The position numbers and the translations under genes are program-made. The notes under the pieces were generated by a model. It saw only the letters and a program-made list of their open reading frames with translations, was not told where the DNA came from and did not search any database. From contig NC_068981.1 of the NCBI RefSeq assembly GCF_001194135.2, positions 3,977,334 through 4,041,333 on the forward strand: a stretch of 64,000 nucleotides of DNA, read 5' to 3'. The DNA comes from Octopus bimaculoides (taxonomy: Eukaryota). The number at the start of each line of letters is the position of its first letter. Position 1 is the stretch's first letter. Shown in pieces: positions 37,380-50,040 of the stretch.

Positions 37380-38755
37380 GCTTTCTCTTGACATCATGTG
37401 ATAACTGTAAATGAGTATCACTGTCATACAAATGATGTTTGCTTCCAGTTTTCCACGAAGAACATGTTTTGCCAAAGGGAAACATTACCTTGCTTGGAAA
37501 CAGATGAGGGTTGGAGACAAGAAGGGCATCCAGCTGTAGAAAACCTGCCCCATCTGACAAGTGCAAGCATGGAAAAATGGAGGTTAAAAAGATGATGTTT
37601 TGCATTCTGTAAATTTAGATAAATGCCCATCTTATTTTTAAAATTGAAATAAGAGTGACAACTGCCTACTATGGAAAGTACTATTGTGATACTATTGGCA
37701 AACATTTCCATTCTTAACATGTTTCAGCGGAATTGAACATGAATATTCAACATCATCATCATTGTTTAATATCTGCCTTCCATGGGTTGGACGATTTAAC
37801 TGAGGACTGGTGAAACCCGATGGCTGCACCAGGTTCAATCTGATCTGGTAAAGTTTCTACAGCTGGATGCCCTTCCTAACACCAACCACTCCAAGAGTGT
37901 AGTGGCTGAGAAGCACTGAACTAGATGCAAAAAAAAAACAAAAAAAACTCAAAAATAAGCAAATAGTTAATTTTATTTTAAAAAGGGTAGAAAATTTATT
38001 TAACTTTAAAATACTTTAATATAACTGATGGTTGCTCCTGTCGATTTTAATGTACGAGTGTTTGAAGGAAAGGATTTAAAGAAGAGACAAAAGGATTAAA
38101 AACAAAAGAAGCTGCATCTATTTGCGATGGATGCTTGAATGTGATTAGAGTCCAGGTTTGGATTTTGCTATGAAGGAGGACATTGATGATTTTGGTTTTG
38201 CCTGGGATTGGACAGATGTGTCTGTAGATTGCAGGATAGAATTCTTTTATTGTTCTGTTTCTTCAGCTCAAAATTGTTTAGATGCATCATGACACGTTTT
38301 ATGCCACTCAGATCGATCTCGGCAATAACTTTCCCAAAATGTGAAATTTAACCTAAAAATAGTTTAAAATGATTGATAAATGCAATACTAATAATATGTA
38401 AAAAAAAACAAAAAGTCTGTGGCACCTTGAGGAAGTGTCCTTGGGTTGACCGAATGGATTTGGTAGATAGAAACTGAAAGAAGCCCGTCATATGTATATG
38501 TGTGTATGTGTGTCTTTGAGGTTGTCCCCTACCACCGCTTGACAACTGGTGTTGGTGTAGTTACATCTCCGTAACTTGGTAGCTCGGCAAAAGAGACTGA
38601 TAGAAAAAGTACAATGCTTTTAAAAAAAGGAGTACTGGAATCAATTTGTTCAACTAAAATCCTTCAAGGTGGTGCCCCAGCATAGCCACAGTCTAAACAA
38701 AATAGAAGTAGATAGTTAAAAATGTATAAATAGAAATTAAAAAGAGTCTTCATAC

Positions 38756-38852
38756 CATTTGCCATGAGGAATTTAGGGATGAGATCCACATTCCAATCTC
38801 TGCCTCTACCAAATTCACTCGGTGGGGTTCCCATGCCAAATTTCGAATAAAG
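38756..38852 (-). CDS. GDI: Rab GDI exon 3 ([33 protein letters not shown])
   Basis: Acceptor ttttgcAG, donor GTATGA, 97 nt. [19 protein letters not shown] motif. Confidence 0.97.
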
Positions 38853-40421
38853 CTGCAAAAGTGGGAAAATTACAATAAATATTAACAAATGAGATAAAGG
38901 TAAAAAAAAGAAGAAAAAAAAAACACGAAGAAAAAAAAAATTGGGTCACAGAAATATCTTCAGAGTATGACAACCAGGTAGAGAAAGTTGGTAGATTATA
39001 AAATTACACAGATAAGATATACAACTTAAGGAGTGATGACAGAATGGGGCGGGGATGGCAAGGATAGCTAAGTGAATGGTAACGTGTACTATGCTTTTGC
39101 TAATGTAGTAGTGATGTGAAGGCACATGCCACAGTGGTTAGAGTGTCAGGCTCACAATCATGGGGTAGTGAGTTCGATTCCCCAGACCAGGCTGGTGTTG
39201 TGTTCTTGAGCAAGACACTTTATTCCACACTGCTCCAGACCACTCAAATGTAGAAATGAGTTGCGATGTCCCTGGAGCTAAGTTGTATCGGCCCCTTTGC
39301 CTTTCCCTTGGATAACATCAGTGGCATGGAGAGAGGAGGCTGGTATGCATGGCCGACTGCTGGTCTTCCATAAAACAACCTTGCTCAGACTTGTGCTTTG
39401 GAGGGGAACTTTCTAGGTGCAATCCCATGGCCATTCCTGACCGAAGGGGATCTTGTCAATGCAGGGGTGAGAAGATACAGACACCATTTTGAACTCTCCC
39501 ATCCCTGATCAGGTCAAAAATCCAGGATGTGACACCAGGAAGGATTGAGGGCTGCACCAGCATTTGGCTGGGACCCATTTTCAGTTGAGAAACAATGTGA
39601 AATGAGCCTTGCATGAAGACAATGTGCTGCCTAGTCCAGAAATCGAAACCCCTGAACTTATGGTTGTGAACCCAACACTTTAACCCTTAACCTTTCAGCA
39701 TGCTGAATGGTCTGTCAAGGGCAATGCTTATTTATTCACAGTGTTTTGAATTGATTATGTATTATCTTGTAATTCAAAGATTTCAATGGATGTGGTGTAA
39801 TACACATTTTTGAACGACATTGCAAGGAAGGTGAGAGACATTAGATCCGGCCAGTTTGTATATAAAACAGGTAGAATATCAGGGCTGGTTTAACCCTTTC
39901 AGCTCTGACCTCCTGAACCTTATTTGACTATATACCTGGCTTCCTGATGCACCCCACCGGTAGAACGGTGCTATGGTATAGAGAAAAATAAACCATCCAC
40001 CGGTAAACAGGTGTTATGGGCTCAAAGGGTTAAATGTTAAAGTGTCAAGGTATATGCCTTCATGACTGGTGAATTCCACCTGTAAAATGTTCTTAATTGA
40101 ATTTTCCTTTATATCCAGAGAAAGAAAACAAAAATCCAACAACCAACGTTTTGTGACTCTCAAAGATAAGGGGCAGGTGATTTCAAGAACTTTGGAATTA
40201 ATCACTCAAAAATACAACCTCTAGCAGAAAGCAAGTTTGATCTTCAGATGCAGACAAGGGATGAAAGAATTTGTTGAGGCAGATTTTCTACAGTCAGACA
40301 CTCTTCCTCTCACTTATTTTGCTTGAAAATAATATTTCCCCCATGTATAGACATCTTTCCATGGGAAGTTTGAAAATGAATGAGTTTACAACTATTATGT
40401 GACGTCAAGACAAGGAGACAT

Positions 40422-40457
<36 letters not shown>

Positions 40458-41606
40458 CTTCTTTCAGTTTCCATTTACCAAATCCACTCAAGGTTTTGGT
40501 CAGCCCAAGACTATAGTAGAGGACACTTGCCCAAGGTGTCACACACTGGGACTGAACTAGGAACCATGCAGTAAAGGTTCTCAACCACAATCACACCACC
40601 TAAACCAAGGATTTGCTAACAGCCTGTAGGTTTCCCAAATGGTCACCTGTTAAGTGGTCACCCACTAACTAGGTTGGACATTGCTTAACTTCAGTTACTG
40701 GAGGAGAAACAGTGGTTTGTGTGATACGGCCATAAACAGAAACATCATCATCACAGTTATCGTTTAATGTCTGTTTTCTATGTTGACTGAGGACTGGCAA
40801 GCTAGGAGACTGCACCAGGCTCCAATCTGATCTGGCAAGGTTTCTACAGCTGGATGCCCTTCCTAACACCAACCACAGAGTGGAAGTAATTTTTGGATAG
40901 AGTCATTTGTATATCGTTCATCGTTTAACGTCCACTTTCCATGCTAGCATGGGTTGGATGATTTGACAGAGGACTGGCGAGCCAGAAGGCTGCACCAGGC
41001 TCCAATCTGATCTGGAGGAGTTTCTACAGCTGGATGCCCTTCCTAACGCCAACCACTCCGAGAGTGTAGTGGGTGCTTTTTGCATGCCACCGGCATGAAG
41101 GCCAGTTAGGCAGTACTGTCAATGACCACGCTCAAAATGGTGTTTTTTTATGTGCCACCTGCTCAGGAGCCAGTCCAGCAGCACTGGCAACAACCCCGCT
41201 TGAATGTTTCTTTATAATTAAGACTAATTTATATCTTTCTTTTTTCTTGAGAATTGGTAAAAATAGCCACTATGAGAAAATTTCAATTAAGAATATTTTG
41301 TGCAGGTTATTCAGTACATCTCTCCTTAATAATGCAAATTCATGCCATTGACCTATTTGAGTTATTTCCCCTCAACTCATTTCATCTTAGTTTATTTAAG
41401 ATATGTATGGCTGTGTGGTTAATAAGTTCGCATCTCAACCATGTGATTTGCGGTTCAGTCCCATTGCATGGCACCTCAAGCAAGTGTCTTCTACTATAGC
41501 CCTAGGTCAACAAATGCCCTGCTTACAGATTTTCTAGAAACCGAAAAAAACTGTGTGTGAGTACACTTATATATATCGAAATAAACAACAAGGATATCCA
41601 GAGGTA

Positions 41607-41694
41607 ATGCAGTACAATCGTTTCAAGCAACTTCATTTAATTGAACAATGCAATCATTACATTAATTTAAATGCAGAGCAATCCTCAGCTGCAT
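41607..41694 (-). ncRNA. Type-I hammerhead-ribozyme-like motif, mirror copy (GDI-sense)
   Basis: Minus strand reads AUGCAG-CUGAGGA-...-GAAACGAUUGUA-CUGCAU. Confidence 0.55.
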
Positions 41695-41831
41695 AAAGAC
41701 ATAGAATTTAATTAAATTCAAACAGATGAAGACAGCATGTTCTCTGTCTATCTCCTTACCTTCTTGGAGATTTTAGGTAAAATTATACTAATGTGTCCAT
41801 CTGTTTTAATTTAATTAAATTCTATGTCTTT

Positions 41832-41920
41832 ATGCAGCTGAGGATTGCTCTGCATTTTAAATTGATGTGATGATTGCATTGTTCAATTAAATGGAGTCGC
41901 TTGAAACGATCGTACTGCAT
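41832..41920 (+). ncRNA. Type-I hammerhead-ribozyme-like motif with long stem II
   Basis: Stem I AUGCAG/CUGCAU, CUGAGGA at 41838-41844, 58-nt hairpin, GAAA at 41903-41906, palindromic ACGAUCGU, GUA triplet ending at 41914. Confidence 0.6.
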
Positions 41921-42051
41921 TACCTCTGGATATCCTTGTTGCTTACATTGATTTTAATCACCTTATTTTGAAATTGTATGGATAATACCGTACTAAATTC
42001 TGGTGCCTCAACTTAGGTACCATATTCATCTGAATATATATATTATATATA

Positions 42052-43292
42052 CAGGGTGTGGTGAAGAAATTGTCTAAATTACGCAATAATGAAAATAACA
42101 CTGACATTTCATTTTAACAGATATATTTACCAAAATTGCATAAAAACATCTTGAAATACTAAAGAGTAAATTTATTCAATAAAATTGCCATTGGCTTCAA
42201 CCATGGTCTCCAGACAACTTCAGAATCTCCTGCAACTCTTTTTGATGGTCTCCTTGTTTAAGTTGGTGAATGCTGCCATAATCCTTGCCTTCAGTTCATC
42301 TTTGGTGTTACAAAGAGTTTTGTTGGTCTTTCGCTCAATTGCGCCACACATACAATAATCAGGGGGATTGCAATCTGGGGAGTTAGGAGGCCAGATGTTA
42401 GGGGTGATGTGGTTGCAGAAATTGTGCAGAGTCCTGTTGCCAGATACAGGTCTTCCAGCAGCCACCCTCTTGACCCAGAACAGCACTACCTTCTTCGGGC
42501 ACTTGATATAGGCCTGTGTGTTGAATCTGAGACTGTATGGGAAGATGAAAGGAGGCACAAGCGATCACTCCAAACACCATGATGTTGACTGGATGTTTGA
42601 TTTTTATCACTCTCGGTGTGTTTTGGGGACACGGCAAGCCAATGGTTGTTCTGATTGTCCACCATCTGATCCAGGGAGAAATTTTTCTCATCTGAGAAAA
42701 ACCAAAGTATGTTCGGTTGGTGGGGACACTTTAGTTTGTTCAAAAGCTTCGTAGCGCAGTGTTTTTTGTCCTTGATGGCATGGCATAAAAATTGGCCCTT
42801 TCTCATCTTGTATGAGGAATACTGAATGTCTTTACGCACTACCTGCCTGATAAGAAACTCAGACACTTCCATATCCCTGGTGATGGACCTGATTGACTTG
42901 GAGGGATCATCATCAATCATGGCCTGGATCTCACCAACAAATTCAGGAGTTCTTTTCTTATCAGAACGTCAGAATGAGTTTTTCGAGCTGCTGTACCTTT
43001 GTAATCACCATTAAACTATTAAACTCAACCACCTCTTTCCGAATCCTTTGCACTGTCCTCAGATTGACACCCAAACACTCTGAAATGTCTGTATTGAAGC
43101 TTCCGGTGTGAATGCCAAGCAGTACAGCATGTTTCCAAAGTTCTGGCAGATTGAATTGCATCATGGTGCTGTTTTTGTCATACACAGTGCCCAACTGATC
43201 CTACTATACAATGTAGTCAACAAAATCAAAAACATTGTGCATGTGTGAAATTAAAAATATGTAAATGGTGACAATTTACCAATTACATCCTG
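42052..43292 (-). mobile_element. Tc1/mariner-superfamily DNA transposon (maT/DD37D-like), full length, frameshifted
   Basis: TA-flanked termini CAGGGTG...CATCCTG with imperfect ~23-bp TIRs. Transposase remnants in several frames include WFFSDEKNF, IMVFGV, QQDSA, IWPPNSPDCNP.DY and NGNFIE*. Confidence 0.9.
42172..43164 (-). pseudogene. Disrupted DDD transposase of the element above
   Basis: ATG at 43164, TAA at 42172. Split across ORF-track frames 42961-43194, 42486-42920, 42398-42691 and 42220-42558, with a deletion after QDSA. Confidence 0.88.
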
Positions 43293-44247
43293 TATATATA
43301 TGGTTGGACAGAATTTTTTGAGGTAGAATTTCTACAGCTGGAAGCCCTTCCTAGCATATATTTCTAGGAAAAGTGGACATTAGGTGATATAATTAGAAAT
43401 TTTATCACAAAAATCTTTGTGTGTGTGTGTGTATGTATATATGTGCACCCACATACAGGCAAATTGTCTAAAAGTCTCCTTTTGCAACCACATAGTTTCA
43501 GGTTTAATTCTTCTGCATATCTCTGGCCCACCAATGCCTAATGGGCACATTTGGGACACAGAAACTGTAGGAACCATGTCATATTTCTATGTGTGAATGT
43601 ATTTATGTATGCATGTGCACATGTGTGAATCTGTGCAAATGCTGACATCCCTATGGCTTCACTTGTCAGCACTTCAGTAAAACTGTCACAGGTTTACAAC
43701 CTTTGTTGACATTATGATTACCTGCTTGGCACACCTGTGGAATAAAAACATCCCTTACTTGAGAAACATGTAAGGGTTGGTGATAAGAAAGAGTGTTCAG
43801 TTGTAAAATCTGGCCTCAAATAAGGACCTGTCCAACCCATGCTAGTGAGGAAAAGCAGACATTAAAATCAAACACACACACACAGATGTTCTCAATATTC
43901 ATAATCGTGATACCTAGCTGGTCAGACCTGGGAAGTGTAATAACAATTGCTTCTGAGAGGACCCTATTAAAGGGGTGTTCAAGGACTCTGCCCCACACAC
44001 CCCTCCTACAAATAGAAGGCAGAGAAAAGGGATTAACAGATATAATTTTAAATCATATTTTCACTGCCATAAAAGGTCTTGATTTTTATTCAAGACACAA
44101 CCATTAAACTGTTTGACTTTGATATTTAAAAGCTAAGGAAATACCAAATTGCACCAAGTATATATATTAATTAATTAATTAAATTAGAAAATATTTTAAG
44201 TTAAATGCGATTCTGAAATATTCAAAGAGATATAAAAGAAAACTCAC

Positions 44248-44355
44248 TTCTTCTAATGGTGTCATGGATGCACTCTCCCCTCCATAGTATTTATTCCGAT
44301 CCATGTGAAGAACTCGTTTGCCAACTACTGACAACATGCCACTGAGAATGCATTC
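44248..44355 (-). CDS. GDI: Rab GDI exon 2 ([36 protein letters not shown])
   Basis: Acceptor tttgtttccAG, donor GTGAGT, 108 nt, phase 0-0. Canonical GDI [15 protein letters not shown] motif. Confidence 0.97.
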
Positions 44356-46057
44356 CTGGAAACAAATAAAAAAAAAATTATTTTCAGTAAACAGCATTTT
44401 GAATTACCAATAGAAATTTAAGTTAGAAGCAAAGTTTTGAATAAAAATTCTTAAAATAATTTAACACAATTTTTAATTTACAAAAAAAAAAAAAATGCAG
44501 AAGATGGAGATTAAACCTGTGAAAATAGTAATAAGTAGAAGAGTATTAATTTCAAATTCTATATTACCAATAGATTAAAAAAAGAAAGAAAGAACATATC
44601 TTCGTTCAACTTCAAGATTTCAGTATTTGAAATCGTGATATACGAATTTGTTCAGGTAGAGTCCTTACTAAAGGAAAAACAAAAGAATTACTAAATTTGC
44701 CTTAATTTTCCGGACTGGCCCTCATGCCGGTGGCACGTAAAAAGTACCCACTACACTCTCAGGAGTGGTTGGCATTAGGAAGGGCGTCCAGCTGTAGAAA
44801 CTTTGCCAGATCAGATTGGAGTCTGGTGCAGCCATCTGGTTCACCAGTCCTCAGTCAAATCGTCCAACCCATGCCAGCATGGAAAGCGGACGTTAAATGA
44901 TGATGATGATTTTTAGTGCACATATAACTGCATGGTTGAGGAGCTTGGTCAATCCCACTGTGTGGCATCTTGGGCTGGTGTCTTCTATAGCTACAGGCTG
45001 GCAAAAGCTTTGAAAAAGGTTTTGTTAAATGGAGAAAGACGGTCTATGTGTGTTGACATCATGTAATGGTTGTAAACAAACATCACCATCATACAAGTGG
45101 GGTTGTTCATTTCCAGTCTTTGAAGAAACATATGTCTGGTCATGAAGAAATGTTACCTTGCTTGGAAGCAGGTGAGGATTAGTGACAGGAAGGGCATTAT
45201 CAAGCCACGGATAATCTGCCTCAACAGATTCCATCCAACGCATGCAAACAAGGAAAAAGTGGATGATGGTGACAAAGTAGCAACTGGAAAATGAAACCCT
45301 CAAACTTCCTGTTGAAATCTTCAGACCAAATTTAGTTTCCAGAAACACAGGTTATTCCAACATATAAAAATGAAGGAAAAACACTTATGAAAACAATTTC
45401 CAAAATTTTCATTTTTTCCCTCTCTCAATAAAATCTAAAACATTTATCAAAACTTACAACTAAAAAGTTTTGAAAATGAAAAGGTTAAACTTCATTGAAA
45501 TATTTTTTATAGTCCTAGCACTACAGAAAGACGAGGAGGAGGAGAATAATAATAATTATCATTTCAAACTTTTGCCACAAGGGCAGCTTGGGAGAAGTGG
45601 GGGACAAGTTGATTACATCAACCCTAGTGTTCAACTGGTATTTATTTAATCGACCCCCTGAAAGGATGAAAGGCAAAGTTGACCTCGGTGGAATTTAAAC
45701 TCAGAACATAGCGACAGGTGAAATACCACTAAGTATTTAGTCCAGCTCACAGCCATATAATAATAATAATAATAATAATAGTCATCACTCAATCTCCATT
45801 TTCCATGCTGGCAATGGGTTTGATGGTTTGTCAGGATCTAGCAAGCCACAGAAGTGAGTCAAGCTCCATTTGTCTGTTTTGGCATGGCTTCTATCACTAG
45901 ATGCCTCTCCTAATGCCAACCACTTTAAAGGGTGTACTGAGTACTTCTTATGTGGTACCAGCAGCCAGTGAGGTCTGCTTTGGCATGAAGGTGAATGAGG
46001 GGTGCATGAAGGTGAATGAGAAAGAGGTGGCTTTTTGCTGGGTGTTGAAAGGTTAAG

Positions 46058-46329
46058 CAGCAGTTCCCAAACTTTTTCAGGCTGCTGCCCCCCTTGACAC
46101 CCTGGCCACATTCCTAGCCCCCCCCCCCCAAACTAGCCATCACAAACATAGACCTCTTTCTGAAGCAAATTCAAAAAAGCAACTGTATTTCACAAATAAA
46201 ACTCGTACCCATTATTTTATTGTTTTTACATGAATAGCTACCCCATTATCACTCCACTTTTCTTCAATGCTCCCTTGGAACTTTCCACTGCCCCCAAGGG
46301 CCCCATACCGCCCACTTCGGGAACGACTG
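46058..46329. mobile_element. hAT/Charlie-like MITE
   Basis: Termini CAGCAGTTCCCAAA / TTCGGGAACGACTG. 8-bp flanks only partly match. Confidence 0.55.
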
Positions 46330-46920
46330 GATTAAAGTATGACAGCAGGACAAGCATAGATGTCTTGCTTATAGAGGAGACATGGGGCTACCTTACATTA
46401 TATAAGGATGAGTTGAGAGTAGCTGGAAAGACGATAAAGCTGGTGAGGTGCCAGAGCATACTCTCAAGGCACAAGAAAGTGAACAGTGAACCAAATTTAC
46501 TCCGGTTGCAGATAGTATTGATGATCTGACAGAGATTAACATTTCATTACAACATAAAATACATATTTGTATGCGTTCGTGCTGCAATGCTGATGTTTGT
46601 CAAAGCACCACCACCTCGTCATGCAACTAATTCAGAGACCACTTAACAAGTATTCTTGATGAAGATAAAATCAGGCTCTGGTCAATATGCCCATGTCGTT
46701 TTGGCTTAAAACCAAAATATAATCACTACAGAAAGTTTGTGCAGACATGCTGCTAGGTGGAGGTTAGGTATGGCTGCATAGTTAAGAAGCTTGCTTCCCA
46801 ACCATGTGGTTTGAGGTTCGGCCCCACTGTGCAGCACCTTGGACAAGTGTCTTCTACTATAGCCTAAGCTGACCAAAGCTGTGTGAGTGGAATCAGTAAA
46901 TGGAAATTGAAAGCTGCCAG

Positions 46921-46970
<50 letters not shown>

Positions 46971-47181
46971 ATGCATTTATAGCTTGATAATATATTTGTG
47001 TAATCCATACTAGCATGGAAAAACAAATGAATGAATATATACATATATACAGCAATAAGAAAATGGAGAATATGCGGTATCCATTGACTTGCAGACAGTG
47101 CATTCCGTTGACCCGCCAAGCAGTATATTGGATAGATACTATCCCTTAGTGGGTTGAATCCTCAAACCCTAACTCTCTTGC

Positions 47182-47220
<39 letters not shown>

Positions 47221-47545
47221 NNNNNNNNNNNNNNNNNNNNNNNNNNNNNNNNNNNNNNNNNNNNNNNNNNNNNNNNNNNNNNNNNNNNNNNNNNNNNNNN
47301 NNNNNNNNNNNNNNNNNNNNNNNNNNNNNNNNNNNNNNNNNNNNNNNNNNNNNNNNNNNNNNNNNNNNNNNNNNNNNNNNNNNNNNNNNNNNNNNNNNNN
47401 NNNNNNNNNNNNNNNNNNNNNNNNNNNNNNNNNNNNNNNNNNNNNNNNNNNNNNNNNNNNNNNNNNNNNNNNNNNNNNNNNNNNNNNNNNNNNNNNNNNN
47501 NNNNNNAATCTCTGACGTTTATTTCACACACACACACACACACAT

Positions 47546-47838
47546 ATGCGGTGGTATGGGCATGTGTTGAGGAGGGATGAGGAACATGTTCTGAGGAGGG
47601 TGCTTGAGTTTGAGATAAATGGACTGAGAAAGCAAGGTAGACTGAGGGAAACGTGGGGGGGGATAGGTGGAGGAGGAGATCGGGAGGATTGGCTTCAGAA
47701 GGGAGGATGTCCAAAACAGGGCAAAATGGCAAGATGGTGTGAGGGCGGTTGCTATGGCATTGAGGTAGATCTGGCCACCTCCATTAACAGGGACAAAACC
47801 CAAATTTAAAACACTGGATGATGATGATGATGATGATA
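47546..47838 (+). mobile_element. RTE-clade LINE 3' end
   Basis: RWYGHVLRRDEEHVLRRVLEFEINGLRKQGR is a typical RTE ORF C-terminus, followed by a (GAT)n tail. A second 3'-end copy lies at ~54510-54590. Confidence 0.8.
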
Positions 47839-49619
47839 TATATATATGTATAGAATAATACCAGTATGGAACCAGGAACACCATAATTCAAAATAAGTAC
47901 TTAAATTTATCAACAAGTGGCCTTTGAGAGGCCTCAATCCATTTCAATTTCACAGGACCTACTGAAATGGACTAAGGTGCTTGTTAATAAATAAATAAAT
48001 TCTATACATATATTTCTGATTCAAGTCTTAAATTCCTCTCAGAACAAACCCACTAATTATTATATTGGTTTCAAATTTTGGCCCAAGGCCAACAATTTCA
48101 GGGGTGGGGACAAGTTAAGTATGTCAACCTCAGTGCTCAACTGGTACTTATTTGACCATGAAAGGACGACAAGCAAAATTGATCTTGGTGGAATTTAAAC
48201 TCAGAACATAAAGACGGATGAAATGCTAAGCCTTTTGCTTGATGTGCTACCAATGTGACCAGCTGACCACCTTAAATACACTAATTATATTGTTCACTAT
48301 GGAACAACACTGGAAACACATTTCAGCCAAAATGTTAAAAATTAACTCTCCTAATGAATGAATGTATTTCTGTAGTGACACCATCATACAAGAGAACATT
48401 TAATATTTCTCTGGCTAAAAATCAAGCAATTTGTAGCATTCTTGGAATTCAAAGACATTAATACATTTAGAATCACTTCCAACATTGCACTATAGTAACT
48501 GCTTGTTATGATAAAAAAGATACCCTCAAATATGTGGGGGGAAATATTTACAAACACCACCAGAGTGGATATAGCAAGCAAAGGAAATATGAATTAGGCT
48601 TGGAAGATAGTAAGTCTGTTGTCCATGTTGGCATGGGTTGGACGATTTGACCAGAGGTGGCAAGCTGCACCAGACTCCAATCTAATACGACAGCTTCTAT
48701 GGCTGGAGGCTGTATCTAAAGATGTATTTTCTGCATCTGTAATGCAGGAATTCTGTGAAATTGAAAATATTTCATTTCAATATAATGAGCAAAAATTGAA
48801 GAATTTCAGGTATGACAATATGCCCAAAACACCAAGATTGAAATGGTGTACGGAATCTCAGAATTGCAATCTGTTCTGAGGAACAACATAAAATTTTGTT
48901 CAACCCCTTTCATAGGGGCTTGAAATCATAGAAATCATAGATGATAACCATTGCCATATACTATATTAATTATGGTCTTCATTAAGGCGGCGAGCTGGCA
49001 GAAACGTTAGCAGGCTGGGGCGAAATGCTTAGCGGTATTTCGTCTGTCCTTACATTCTGAGTTCAAATTCAGCCGAGGTCAACTTCACCTTTCATTCTTT
49101 CCGGGTCAATAAATTAAGTACCAGTTGCATACTGGGGTCAATCTAATCAACTAGCCTCCTCCCCCAAAATTTCAGGCCTTGTGCTTAGAGTAGAAAAGAT
49201 TTAGTGTCTTCATTGGTCAAAGTTCATCATACATTTCCTCTTGATGTGTGTTGACTTGGGCCATATTTAAAGAAGACAGCAGTTGATCATGCATGCAAAT
49301 CCCTCTCTTCATATCATTACTGTTCATCGAAGTGGGGAAAGTCATCAACTTAAACCAATACAGCTTGCTATACCAGTGCCATTGCAGGAATTGCTGTCAG
49401 AATATAGCGTAGGCACAGGGTTAAGTGACATCATGTAGGGAGCTTTCCTTGGAGACTGTCCTGCAGCAAATTTGGCATATAAACGCCAAGGGGATGGCAG
49501 CCTGAAAAAGAGAACAACTGGTTTGGAAGCAACTGGTTTACAGTTTAAATGACTTGCTGCATTTTGATCTTGATGATGGATAGGCTTTGAAATTGATGGG
49601 ATCAATCAGTATTTGGAGA

Positions 49620-50040
49620 GGATTAAAACCAATCTCTTAAATCGCATAGGACCTCTATCCCTTCCTTTCATCCACCATAAAATACATAGCCTGAAAATCA
49701 CTTCAGGGACCTTGTGTATCTGTACCCCACCCCTACCCTTAAAACCCCATCTTAAAGCCCTATCAACTACATCAATTGCTTTGGATGCCAAACCATCAAA
49801 ATCCAAACCTGTTGTCTCAATATTCCTCAAACCCCTTATTTCTCTTTGTCCCTTATAATATCAATGATTCCTCAGCCACATATACTTATGCTGATGAGGT
49901 CCTTTTTTTTATTATTACACCCTCAACAGCTTCTAATTTTATGTATTTTCCATGTTTATAAATATTTCCAAGACTTTGTCTAATGGGATGACGACCAAAC
50001 TGAATTAGTTTGATGTCTAAAAATGCTTGATTCATTTGTC
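49620..50040 (+). mobile_element. Degenerate CR1/L2-like reverse transcriptase fragment
   Basis: VSQYSSNPLFLFVPYNINDSSATYTYADE resembles the GVPQGS...LF..YINDL...YADD motifs. Confidence 0.5.

Larger units (their letters stand above)
41586..41941. repeat. Long fold-back (143/144-bp arms, 69-bp spacer)
   Basis: 41586-41728 is the reverse complement of 41798-41941 with few mismatches. Confidence 0.92.
27114..44355 (-). other. GDI: Rab GDP-dissociation inhibitor gene span (coding exons 2-11; exon 1 not located)
   Basis: Ten exons of 108, 97, 135, 199, 132, 169, 103, 145, 55 and 141 nt with GT-AG boundaries join into one 427-aa frame ending in TGA. About 15 N-terminal codons are missing. Confidence 0.95.
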
